64,000 bases of DNA, from contig FLMG01001160.1 of assembly GCA_900088475.1 (NCBI GenBank), positions 103,436 to 167,435 of the forward strand. The letters run 5' to 3'. This document shows, one piece after another, positions 49,184 through 60,898 of the stretch. The first letter of the stretch is position 1. The number at the start of each line of letters is the position of its first letter. Under the pieces are notes generated by a model that was not told the DNA's origin, did no database searches, and saw only the letters and a program-made list of their open reading frames with translations. The translations under genes were made by a program, and so were the position numbers. Source of the stretch: Hyphochytrium catenoides (taxonomy: Eukaryota > Protista > Hyphochytriomycota).

Positions 49184-50452
49184 ATGGGGTCATCTCGCAC
49201 TGCAAACAAAATAATACTCTTCTTTACCCTTTTGGCGACCCTAACCCCTTCATGGGCGCATCAAGGCGATTTTGGAAGAAGCCACGATCATCACACCATA
49301 GCGAGAGACCACAGAGGACGAAGCACCTTCGACGCAAACACGGAGCAGAATAAGGTTATTAGTAGTCAACTGGAGATGGTGCGCCGGTCACCAAAGACTT
49401 GCCCCTATGATAGCATGGGAGTTAACCAGAATGAGTACTTTGAGTTCAAAGGGAATCAGCGTATCTATTTCTGCCCTATGAACCACTTGCCAAGCTTTGC
49501 AAAGGATCCTGCCAAGACGTTCAAGTCCATCGAACCCTTCAATCCGTCTGGGGGGGAAGAGCTGCCTAACGATATCAGGTGCCCCATTTGCGACATGACC
49601 TTGGACAGCCAATCTACCTACGATATACATTTCCATAATGGCAATCAAGCGGTGCACTTTTGCAGCGAGTCCTGTGCCAAGCAATTCTGGGATGATCCAT
49701 TGAAGTTCGCAGCGGATGACCCCATGCCTCACGCATCAACGGACCAGTCTTCTGAGGGCTTCTGCAACGGGTTGCCGAGCATCATGTTCTTGGGGTTCAC
49801 ATGGGTTGCTCCGGACACGGACTGCGTGTTGCTGTGGTTGCCTGGCTGGATCCTGGATTCGAGAGTCAAGATGCTCCTTGGACTGCTCACTGTCTTCACA
49901 TTGGCATTTATGAGTGAGGGACTGACCAGCTACCAGAGGTACTTAAATTGGCTTCGAAGAAATGCAGAGGCCGATATGTTAAAGGACGAAATAGTATGCA
50001 ACCCTGGCGTATCTCAGTCGCTGCAGCAGAGCTTACAGGTGTCGGAGCGCACTAACCTTCTCATCTCTTCCACAAGGTCTGGCACCTCCAAGATCAACGC
50101 CGAGTCGGTCGGAAGGCATAGGATACTTATTTCCGAGTGGAGGGTCTTCAAACGACTGAACTTCCAGCAGCGACTTGCGCTCTTGCGCCTCTCTCTGCTG
50201 CACGGCTTACGGATTCTTATGGCGTATCTCTTGATGCTTGCAGCGATGACCTACAGCATCTCAATGAACGCGGCTATCGTCTCTGGCTTCATCGTAGGAC
50301 ATTACTTCTTTAGCGACGCAGGCATCACTACCGAGATAGAGGACAAAGATCTGGAGGATCCCTCTGGGAGCAGCAGCAAGCGGTATCGTGGAGCGAGCTT
50401 CAACTATGATGAAGTGGCTGACTTTGCTGATCCTTGTTGCAGCAATGCCTAA
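49184..50452 (+). CDS. Ctr/SLC31 copper transporter with signal peptide, His-rich segment and two TRASH/YHS-like domains, intronless
   Basis: Ctr motifs MFLGF...LLWLPGW, MSEGL, YLLMLAAMTYS (MxxxM), GFIVG (GxxxG) and C-terminal DPCC. N-terminal CPYDSM...IYFCPMNH...FAKDP and CPICDM...VHFCSESCAKQFWDDP. Confidence 0.88.
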   Translation: MGSSRTANKIILFFTLLATLTPSWAHQGDFGRSHDHHTIARDHRGRSTFDANTEQNKVISSQLEMVRRSPKTCPYDSMGVNQNEYFEFKGNQRIYFCPMNHLPSFAKDPAKTFKSIEPFNPSGGEELPNDIRCPICDMTLDSQSTYDIHFHNGNQAVHFCSESCAKQFWDDPLKFAADDPMPHASTDQSSEGFCNGLPSIMFLGFTWVAPDTDCVLLWLPGWILDSRVKMLLGLLTVFTLAFMSEGLTSYQRYLNWLRRNAEADMLKDEIVCNPGVSQSLQQSLQVSERTNLLISSTRSGTSKINAESVGRHRILISEWRVFKRLNFQQRLALLRLSLLHGLRILMAYLLMLAAMTYSISMNAAIVSGFIVGHYFFSDAGITTEIEDKDLEDPSGSSSKRYRGASFNYDEVADFADPCCSNA

Positions 50453-50866
50453 ATTGACAACAATTCTGTCAAAGCTACAAATTAGGTCAAAGCTTACACT
50501 TACAGCTGTACCACTACTGCTTATTTTATTATTAGGCTGTGGATGTCAACTATTATGTAAAGTTAGCGAGAATCGACAGTAGTTCCAGGAAAACACAAGC
50601 TAGTGGTATATTAACAATCCTTTAGTGAAAGGACATAACCCCAACATCATGCCAAGGTGCAACTTCTGAGCATGCTGAACTTCTCAATGGCCCCGGGGAG
50701 GGTCTGCAGAGGTCGCTCAGCTCTCAATCTCCTTCCGAATGCGCGTGGCACAGGTGGATCTCCGTGCGAGAGAGTCTACAGAGGACACTGTCCTTCAAAG
50801 GTCGGAGCGTCGCACACTTTGAGTTTGAAGAGAGGAATCCAAGACCTTTGGCCATTGTCAGCGAAG

Positions 50867-52280
50867 ATGAGGGCCCAGCAATTAGGAGCTCTGCTGTTGT
50901 ACCTCTACGTCTCCATAAGATCCTTCCTTTCTCTTCAATGGCTTCGCTTTGTGAACTGGCTGTCAGAGATTGTAAATCCGGTGCAACCTCAGTCTATCTC
51001 CTACCATAAGATCGTCGTCATAGGTTAAGTGAAATCCTGGATGGCGTTTGGTTTGTAGCATCTCACCCGTTCCTTCACAGGTGACGGCTTCGCGCATGGC
51101 TTTGGGGATTGGATTGTCATCGGTAATCAGAGCGGCGGAGGCCTGGCAGCATATCTGCAGCGTCTGTTACGTAGTACGGACAATGGCAACGTGCGTACGA
51201 CGTGGCGAGTAGTCAACCGTGGCCGGACTGGTTCTACATCCGTTGACTGGCTCCCCGTTGGGAGAAACCAGAAAGTAAGTATATGTAAGCCCAAGACGAC
51301 GCAAGCCAGGACTGGTGCCTGGTTACTGTGGGTTACTAAAGGATGGGGCTTCTGTCTCTCGCTGTTCTTCTTTGCCTTCCCTCAGGACGATGGAACTTCG
51401 TTATTCTCCACGACTTTTAGCCATCCTTCAGTCGCTGACGCGGAAGTAGCCATTATCATAGTGGGCTCAAGGGATCGCAGGTAAGAGCAATTTGTCCTGG
51501 AGTCTGTGACAATCTTATAGAATGCCGTCTCATCCTCGCTTGAATATGTTTCTGTTATGTAAGGAACAAGGATATCCGCCCCGAAGAGTCAGTGAACAAC
51601 ATAATGGCGCTAAGCGAAGAGCTGTTGAGACGAAGAATGAGAGTCCTGGTGGCAGCACTACCTAGTGGATCACCTACAGACAAAGGACACGTCGATAAAA
51701 TCAATCAGATGCTAACCCAGCGCATTCAGAAGTCAGTAATTTTATGCATGTCGTCCCATAAGGAACCGCTGCTTTAACCGGCTTTGTTCTTCTTCCAAAT
51801 ACCATTCTTCGACACTCCAAATCTCCCCTAAATTCTTACGTAGGAGGGGGACTAAGCGTCTGACCCTGGGTCCAGGTCTCAGCTCTCCAAAGTACATGCG
51901 GGATGCTTATCGCTCCTTTGACGGTTTCCACTTTAACTCGACGGTAAGGAGCGAACTTGAGAGAAGCGGCTGAGGCCTTCGGAGGAAAGGTGTAGAACTA
52001 ACACCCTAATCACCTTCCATCTACTAGGGCTACGAAATGGCAGCCAAAGAAACGTTTGATCTCATCCGTAACACTCTGACAGCAGTAGAATGGGAGGTAA
52101 GGAAGCGCCAGTACAACCTGTTAATGCAAGAGCTGACCCAAAGCGTCCGGCAATCAGAGCTTCAAGAAAGTCCTCACCGCCTCCGCACCAGAGAAGCATC
52201 AGGACCGGGACCGCGAGAGAGAAGAAGTGCCGCAGGGCCTGAGGAAGAGGCAGAGCACAGGAGCTCCTTCGACGGCATGA
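50867..52280 (+). CDS. SGNH/GDSL-hydrolase-fold protein with N-terminal hydrophobic anchor, probably catalytically inactive (multi-exon)
   Basis: Spliced blocks KIVVIG|DGFAHG (block I), VVNRGRTGSTS (II), IIIVGSRD (III) and SFDGFHFNST|GY (V). Last intron gtaagg...gctgac...atcag gives VEWE|SFKKVL...STA*. Confidence 0.7.
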
Positions 52281-52293
52281 GCACTTCATATTC

Positions 52294-53502
52294 CTATGCT
52301 GCCGTAAAATCACCCCAGTCTTCCTCTTCTGCCTCAACTTTGTCAGCGGAGTGAGCCGGGCTGTCCTTCTCTTTCTGTGCTTCAGCAATACCCCCTTCTC
52401 CGAGATCTTCACTTCCCTTTGGTTGAGGACGAAGAACTTTCGGAGCTTGCGAGGGACATGGCCTTAGAGCGTCTTGCTGCTTGTTCTCTCTTGCTGGAGG
52501 AGGCGGAGGCGGAGGGAGAAAGCTAGGCAAGAGGCCGATGATAAGTGACAAGCATAGCACTGTGCAATCAAAAATCAATGATCAACTGACCTGCCTGTAG
52601 CAGCCGTCAGGCTGGAGTCCGCTTCTAAAGCTTTCTCTTTCCTCCTGGTGGACTGGTCCTGGGCTCGCCCTCCTTTAAGTTTAATGCTAATAGTTTCCCC
52701 CTCTTTCAGCTTGAATCGGCTTTCAGCCTCTTCGCCTTCATTTTCCTCTTTATCTCCTTGCGGACAATAGAGACTCATTCCGAATGCCAAGTCTTATTGA
52801 GACTTTCATCTGTCTTACCTGTTGCGACCCCCTGCTTCTGTTCCTCCATAAGTTTGGGTAGCTGCAGCCGCTTAGCATAGCGCTCATAGTCTTGCAGGCT
52901 TGCCTTAAAGTCGAAGGCGGTTTGGCGGTCGCGAAAACCTAGATGGTCATGTCATTGCACTCCGTTTCAAATCCAGCTTTTCCAATACGCGATCTCTTAC
53001 CAATGCCAATGAGTGCATGTCGCCTTGTCTTAGCATCCTGCGAACGGGCTTTGATAAGCCATACCTTTTCACGCAGCCAGATAACTTTTCGACCAATGGC
53101 CTACGTACCTCTATCCTTAGAGCAAAGTACCGTGAAGAGTCTATCACTGAAGCTGCGTACGACTCAACCGTCAGGGCTCCTTGGATCCTTATCGGAGCTT
53201 CAGCAAACAGAATCTACACGTGTCAGACCCCTTTTGTGAGTGTTGCAACAGAACGAGAAGGAAGCATGAGCAGCGCCCTATGACAGCCCACGCACCGAAT
53301 GGCCGTCTGCCGTCTTCTTTCCTCTCTCGTACAAGCGGACAAAGCAAAGATCTCCTTTCTGTATCACCTTAAGGCTGCATGTAGTGAGAGGAGTCTCTAT
53401 ACCCCAGCTGTCTGCCCGATGGCCGTGCGAGGTGGTCAATGGTGGAATCTTATGTATAAACACCTCGTTCGACGACATCGTCACTTGCTCAATCTCGGTC
53501 AT
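52294..53502 (-). CDS. NECAP: NECAP (adaptin ear-binding coat-associated protein), multi-exon
   Basis: EVFIHKIPPLTTSHGHRADSW, VIDSSRYFALRIE, GFRDRQTAFDFKASLQDY, LKEGETISIKL, PPPPP and C-terminal DWGDF (WxxF) motif. Confidence 0.92.
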
Positions 53503-53910
53503 TGTTAGGACACTTCAGTTCAACTCCAAGACGTTGGCCTTCAAGGTCTGATTAGGCCTTTCAGTTTTGGCTCTGGATGGGGACGTGGTACGAGGGATTG
53601 AGCTCTGAGCTCTGGTCAGCACTTGACATCGCCGATTGACGAGAGAAGCAAGAAGTCATCACCAAGATCAAGAGCTCTGCCTCGCATTCTGATTGACATC
53701 TGAATCAATGTGAGAGCCGTTGCCGGCCAGACTTTCGCCTCTGTTACAACTTCTGAAGATCTGAAGATTCATCAATGCAAAGTCCAATTCTCTTTGACCT
53801 TTCATGGCTCCGTCCGCCGACAGCGCCATCATTCCTGTGACACAGCCTCGTTGCAGAGATCCAACCTGCCAACTCGAAGAAAGAAGCATACCCTTAACAC
53901 CCTTCGGGAA

Positions 53911-56900
53911 ATGAACAGAAAGCAGAAGCACCTCTCTGCCGGCCTCAAACGGCCCTTGCAGTTCACGACCGATGTTTTTCCAGAGACAGGTAGCTTTTAG
54001 CTCAGCCCCACCTGTCCTCTCTGGCGACTCACGCTTCCACCTCTACCCTAACAAGCTGCCGTCAAGGACCGAAGTGGTTTGCCCTGGGGCTGTGTGGTGC
54101 AGCCCTTTTGCCGCCAGGGAGACGACCACACTGAAGAGGAGATCTATTCCGGCATACCGGTCCCGGACATTGCCCGATGCGCGGCTTGTGGTGGCTATAT
54201 AAACCCGTTCTGCAGCGTGTCTCTCCATAGGTCTACTGTCTCTGCACGCCGCTTTCATTCCGTCTGCTATATCCCTCCTATACCGTAACAGCGCTGACCA
54301 ATCTGCTAGATGTAGCAGCGCTGATCTCTCAATGCTTTCTGCAGATGGCACTGCTGCCTCTGCAGGCACGTCAACGAGTTCAAAGCTCTCACAACGGACC
54401 GTTATCTACGGGAGCGATCTCCACTAGAGCTTCGACGAGACTTTATAGAGTTTGCAGTTGAGCCTCAAAAGACGAAAACGTAGCTCCTTCCTTCGAAACA
54501 CCCTTCTTTCGCAGCCCTTGCTCACTTTTGGTCACGCTCTTATTTGCAGGGCTAGAACCTCGTGTGCTGAAGGAGTGACGTTGCCCTGTCTGTTTGTGAT
54601 TGACACCGCCGGAAACAGAGATTATCTGGAAAAGCTGGGAGCAGCCATCGTAAAGGCAATATCATCGCTTGATGACTGCTATGCTGTGGGTAGGAGCATG
54701 TCAAGGCTTGATGCTTTCTATAGACCAATACTTCTCTCGCCCGACCGGCACGACCTTGCGCCACCATCAACTAAGTCCGCTAATGTGCGTTCGATCTTAG
54801 GCATTGTCACCTATGGGGATCGCTTGGGATTCTGCCGTCTTCAGGGGGAAGTTCCTGTCATAGAGGTAAGTCTACATCTTTCCAACGCTGATTAACATTC
54901 ACTTATCCCACTTTCACCTGCGGTCTCCTAGAGTATTCCATAGAGCATTCTCCCCCCAGTGCTGTTGTTCGATTGCTTTCCCTGGCTTGGCATGTCCCCC
55001 AGTCCTCGTTCTCCTTGTCTAAATAGTCACTTTCCTACTGCTACCTGATTAGCACTATAGCCCTCTAAAAGGCACTAGGTTTGCCCCGAGTCCAAATGAC
55101 GAGGAGGCAGGTCTATTTGCTGACACCTTAGAGGAGGTCACGGACATCTCCGAACTCGTATCCTTCTCTGAATTATTGGTGCCTCTCAGCACTTTCCGAG
55201 AGAAAGTACAAGCAGCAGTCCCCTTTATTCTCGGTTATTATGCTGACCGCCTCACAGAGAAAACCAGATCACCAGTTAGGTAAGGGCCATGCATTGTCTT
55301 CGCTTCCAGCTTCTGAAGGCTGGTGCCAATTGGACTTGAACCTGCATTCAGGGCATTCGGTCCGGCAATGGAGGCTCTCGTTCAGCTATTTAGGGTTGCT
55401 TTGAAGGGAGAGTTAGAAGAAACTGGGATTCACCCCATTGCACCGCGTCTCTATTGTATAAGCCACGGAATACCAAATTACGGCTCCGGAGCCTTAGACG
55501 GTGAGGCTTCCTACCCCTGCCTTTTAATGCTCGATAGTTGGCCTTCTCTTACCCTCTGCGTTTGGGGGTAGCCTCTAGGTATGATTCTGTCACTTTCCAG
55601 TCGTCAGTGACTATGATCCGTCCACAATCATCGTTCTACGAAAGATTAGGTAGGGCAAGTAAGGAAAAGGCTGGTAATTATAGCAAAGCAAGTCATATGA
55701 GTAATTGATTGGCGAAAAGTGTAGAGCAACGAAGCCTGCAGATAGCCCTTCATTGCAGGTGGAAGGGATTGGGCTGACTAGTTCTCTAAGGTCAGGAGTG
55801 CGCTGCATTGGGGATCTGCTGCAACCTCTTTTTGGTCTCTGACCTGCAGTACATGGACTTGGCGTCATTACAGCCTTTGGCCTCTCTCACTGGAGGAGAA
55901 GTCTTCTACTACCATTCCCTCGAAAAGGGCGATTTTGACATGGTATCTGCTTTTTCTCTTCTGTTATCCATCGCTATGGAAGAGCTCGGCTACTGCGCCT
56001 TTATCAGGCACTATGTGTAATTGTTCTATTCCCAGGATCTCCAACGTAACCTAGAGACAACTTATGCTCATCAGGTAAACCCAGGGTTCGCCATTCCTGT
56101 TGCGGTTCTGGAGGAAGTAACCGTGGCCTTTCCTTGTCCGTTGAGGTAGTGTCTTTTACGCATTCGCTGCAGTTACGGCTTTGAGCCGCGAGATAACGGG
56201 GTGTACGGCCACCTTAAACAAGACCTAGACTATGGCCAGCTGTGGGCGATATCGGGCTGCATCCCCAGCAGGACCTTTGCTTTTGATTTTCAGTTCACCA
56301 ATGCTAATGGTAAGCCTCCTGGGCACATTTGTCAAGCATGGATTAACCGCTCTAATAAACGGAAGGCGATGTGAGAGGACAGCANNNNNNNNNNNNNNNN
56401 NNNNNNNNNNNNNNNNNNNNNNNNNAGGGGAGCACATACTTCAAGCATTGTAGTCCTCCCCAACACCTACCGCGCTAATCTCCATGAGGGCAAGATTCTG
56501 CTTCCGCTGTAGTGGTTTACATGCTCATCATGCTAACCTGGACCGTTTGTCAAATGACAGGTATAGCTGGCTATCCAGGACTCCAGCCAACCATACAAAT
56601 GGCTTTTCAGTACCATAAGTTGCTGAAAGATAAAGGGAGCGACTCATCCCGGTCATCGAGACTCTCTCCTAACTGGGAAACCAGGCTGAGAGTCTTCACC
56701 ACACAAGTGTCCTCTTCATCTTCCGTTCCCGACATCCTGCACTCGGCAAACCTGGGTCCCATTATGCTTCTGCTCTCACACAAGGTAGCTCAGTATTTTC
56801 TCGTCAATACTTAGATAGTACGCTCAACACTAAAGCACCTTCTTTTTTTTTCTAAGGCTCGGGAGAAGGCTATCACATATGGTTTGCAAAAAGCTCGAAG

Positions 56901-58017
56901 TCTGCTGAAGGATTGGCTCGTGAACGTCGGAGTTCGCTATAATGAAGAGATAGTAGGAAGGAGGTACTCCGTTTAAGTACTTCTTCTATGTCTAGCTCTG
57001 TAGGATATTCATGTCACTGATAGCTCCGTTGTGCATGTCATACAGGGACGTCCCAGACGTCTCTTTCAAGCGATTACGAAGCCTTGAACGTCTACCCCAA
57101 CAGGTAAAGGCCAAAAGGATACCTTGTACGGAAAAAAGAGTGGAACACAGATGGGACCGGACTGAGCGACAAGGAACGCTTACCAATAAGGTTATCATCA
57201 GACCTCCGCTGTAGCTTATGATACGCTGCTGTCTCCTGTTTCCAGGTCTTTGGTCTCCTAAGCTCTGCAATCCTGACGAGGGCACCCCTTCACCCGGATC
57301 TGCGTGTCTTCCACCTGCATTACCTGAGGTTAGTCGCGTGCATGTGAAAGGGCCGAAAAGAGGACAAAAAGATGCCGAAAATTTGCTAATAAATCTCTGC
57401 GCAGTGGGATCAGTCCCAACCTCATTACCCAGGCATTCTATCCTGTCCTAGTGCCCTATGACTCGGCATTGGCTCCTCAGAGTCCCTTCACTTTCCTTCC
57501 TCTGACTTGGCGGGAGGTTCAGAAGAGGTGGGTTCTCCTTCCCTTCAAGAAAAAAACCTTAAGATTGGGGATCTTTTGACTTTACCCTTGTCACAGTCCA
57601 GCTTCGGTACTGGTGTTAGATGCAGTCATTGTCATTATCGTTTATAGCAAGACTGGCGGCGCCTTCTCAATAACAAAAGACTGTGAGTGACGTCTTTTAG
57701 CAATCTACCCTATTCTGCTGACCTGAGCCTCACATCCCCAGCAAAGCTCAGCAAGTATCTCAGGAAGAGATCAATAAACAGTGACCATTCTCCTCGGGTC
57801 ATGGTCGCAGGCCCTGATAGCCCGGAAGAAAGGCATTTCAAGGCATTTGTACGTCACCTCTCACTCTTCTCTTGTCCGGCTGTATTTAGAAAAGTTTCCT
57901 AATTCCTGTATCAATCTACAGCTGATTGAAGACAATGACAGAGGTGGAGAAGGCCAGGATTATCCAAACTTTGTAGAACAAATTCGGGCGGCTGTTAGCA
58001 AGGAGCTGATGTACTAA
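53911..58017 (+). CDS. Divergent Sec23/Sec24-family COPII protein, many introns
   Basis: PLQFTTDVFPET, SGLPWGCVVQPF, zinc finger RCAACGGYINPFC...WHCCLCRHVN, vWA-like LFVIDT, AFGPAMEA, PNYGSGAL, DLASLQPLASLTGG, RLRVFT, and C-terminal LIED...YPNFVEQIRAAV. Confidence 0.85.
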
Positions 58018-58563
58018 GGTGTCCCATATGACATGCGCATGATGCCAGACGCTGCCAGATACACTAAGTTGTAAGAGCAAGTGAGGACTCGGGGGAGGAG
58101 GTAATCATCAATCAACATAAGTTTGACGGGAGACAAAGGGCTCTGGGGCGGCGCACTCCATGACCTGAAGGCGACCGTTGAAAAAGGGTTGCTATTTTGG
58201 CAATCACGAGAGTATCTTAGGCGGTCCCCTTCGCTATCCCGCCTTGACTATGCCATATTTTACTCTAATAGCCACAGCATATTCACTCTCAGGCATAAGG
58301 AGCTCATGGCCACATGAAGGAGCCGGCAGCAGACTGATAGGCTTGTCATTGACATCTGGCTTGCGTCGTTATAGTCATAGTAGGTAGGTAGGTATCCTCT
58401 CATTTTAAGCACTTTGGAGGAGAGGAAGCTACTCTGTTTCCAAATAAGAGTAGATAGATGTACAGCCTCCTTGTTATGTCGAGGTGCTAGCTATAGTACG
58501 AAGTATCGCAAACTTATATACCTAGCGGGAAGCGCTTCAATCGTACACAAATGTCTATGTCTA

Positions 58564-60898
58564 TCATGTCTCCGCAAGATGGGCTTTCAAGTTAGCAATA
58601 CGCTGACGAATCTGATGGATAGAGACCCATTGCAAGAGGCACTTTTCTGAGTTGGGGCACTTGCAGGAGATGTCATAATGTCGGAGACAGGAGATTGCAT
58701 CTGGATCACATCTGCAGATGACTCCCGAAAGGAAGCAGGAGTGTTTACAGCGCGTGCATTGACGCCAGTCATCTTCTCGCATAGCATCCTCATCCATTTT
58801 CCACTGACCCATAGGCATGATGGCCATGTTCTTCACCCCATCAGCAATCACTTGCCTCCGGTAGTAATTCTCCTCTCTCTCCATACTTTCTAGCTCCTCG
58901 AGCAATGTCCGAACGGAATCTGCAGGGTACTCATCAATAGAAGAAAGGATAGTGAAAAGCAGCCTCTCTTGGCTGAAGACACTTCCTCGTCCAAAGGCTC
59001 GATATTTTTCATCGCACACTCGGCCAAACTCCACCCAGTCCATTGGCGCGAAATTGACTGCCTCCGCACAGTTGAAGCCCGTGTTGAGACCAGCGTGGTA
59101 GGCCCTGGGAAACGTGATAACAAAGCAACCTTCCTCTTGCACCGCACGATAGACTTTTACCTGAGGATCAATACCGGAAGTCATTAGACTTGCACGTATC
59201 AGGTAGAGGTAGGGATTCTCTTGCTCTACTTTCCCCTTTTGCTCTGGTCTCCCATCGTCCTCTCTATGGCTATGTCACCTGCTACGCCGTACTATTTGCG
59301 ACGGAGCTTGAAGCTTGACTCAGACCTTACCTTATGTTTTGTGAGGTCGGTCGGGTGGATCATGGTTGTTAAGTGGAACATCAAGTCCGGATCCTCCTTG
59401 AACCTTTCTGGCACCGTCCGTCTTAGCGATCTTTCAAAACTCTCCGCATTGTCCGCTGGGATGCCATACCAAATCTTCGGAGCTCCACTGTGCATATAAT
59501 TGATCGAGTAGAGAAAGTTGTCTTCGGTGTGCCAGCAGAAGGCAGAGAATATCATCCCGATATATAGCCAAGGTACAGTTACCCCGTTGATGCGGCTCTC
59601 GATGTGCTTCAGCAATGAACCTCGCCACTTTGAGATATTGTTAAGGTTCCAACCAGACTCGTGATAGTAATCTGATTGTTGAAAGAGGCCCTCGACCACA
59701 GTCCTTGGAGAGCATGGCTGCTTTCGATCCATTGGGGAGGCTTTTCGGGGAAAACCACTACCTAAGCTAGAAGTGCTGATATCGTTCCCATAGTCAACCT
59801 GATAGCACGAAGAATATGAGTGAACCGTCAATGTTTGGCGCAGTAGAACAATTTTCTGAATAATTGAATGCAAAGTGGCTACTCAATAGCGAAACGATGC
59901 TTTATCCCATGGCCGAACATGTCGGTTCTTACTCTTCTCTGCCTCGAGCTCTTTCACCTACCTGGATTTCCTCGCAACCAGTCTGCACGATTTTCCAGAA
60001 GCTGTCTTCAATCTTTTCTGTGGTGAGCTCGTTCAACTTAAGATTATTCTTCCTGGCCCAGCTCTGCAAAAAAGTGTCTGCCATCTCCTTGTACTCCTTG
60101 AAGCTGTACACTTTGCCGTCTTCAAAGCTAATGCCTTCTTGGAGCCTATGAACCTGAAACGATATCAGAACCGTGATAGTCAGGATCCAAAATTACTAGC
60201 TGGGATACTCCGTCTGACTCCAGAACCTTCCTTTCTCTAGCTCAATGTTTAGTTCCCTCATATTATATACCTCTAACTCTACTCTTGACTCGTACCATTT
60301 GCTGCTTGGTCTCAAACTTTGCTTTACTTTGCGTGTCCAAAGCCAGCTTTGGGGCCCAGCCCGCAGGAGGGACTATGATGCAGATACCGAATTTTTCTCC
60401 TTCACCCTTGATGCTATGGATGTACTTTAGGGGATCTGCAAACTCTTCGATGGTGGGCCTATGAATTAAGGAGTCGGTCAGTACTGTTGAGGCAGTGGCA
60501 TCCTTTTATGAAGAAAGACCAGAGTAGAAGAAAAGCGGCGGACAATAACGGTACAGGTAAGTCTAGCGCAACGTGAAACGTAGGATCAGAGGACGCAGTT
60601 TCTAAGCATGTTACCTAAAGGTTGGGGCGGTGGGTATGTCTACTTTTTCTCTCTGCGTAACAATCTTTGAGTTGGCTAGCGCCATTTGTAGCATCCTCTC
60701 CTCTCGCCTGTCTAGTACCACGGAGTCCCAATAGTTGGCTGCCGGTCTGCATCTTGTCCGTTTGGGCCTTGGCGCCGAGGTGTCCACTGGCGGAATTGTC
60801 TCTTGTTGTTTCTTGCGTCTTCGGTTCCCTGGAGTCTCTTCCGCTCCTGCCACAGGCTTCTGCCCCATAGCAACATTTGTTTCTCGTCCTGATGCCAT
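58564..60898 (-). CDS. KDM5/JARID1-like histone demethylase (JmjN + JmjC + C5HC2 zinc finger)
   Basis: JmjN APTFR|PTIEEFADPLKYI...GICIIVPP. JmjC WLYIGMIFSAFCWHTEDNFLYSINYMH, PKIWYGIP, FPRAYHAGLNTGFNCAEAVNFA. C5HC2 QCTRCKHSCFLS...CRC...CLRH...CKC. Confidence 0.92.

Noticed and set aside
52294-52354. True antisense CDS overlap between the SGNH gene and NECAP
   Set aside because: A strong intron (gtaagg...gctgac...atcag) gives a more plausible C-terminus ending at 52280.
3702-58017. Functional cluster of membrane-trafficking genes (TBC, PIPK, flippase, NECAP, Sec23/24)
   Set aside because: They are interspersed with unrelated genes and belong to a large functional class; chance is sufficient without synteny data.
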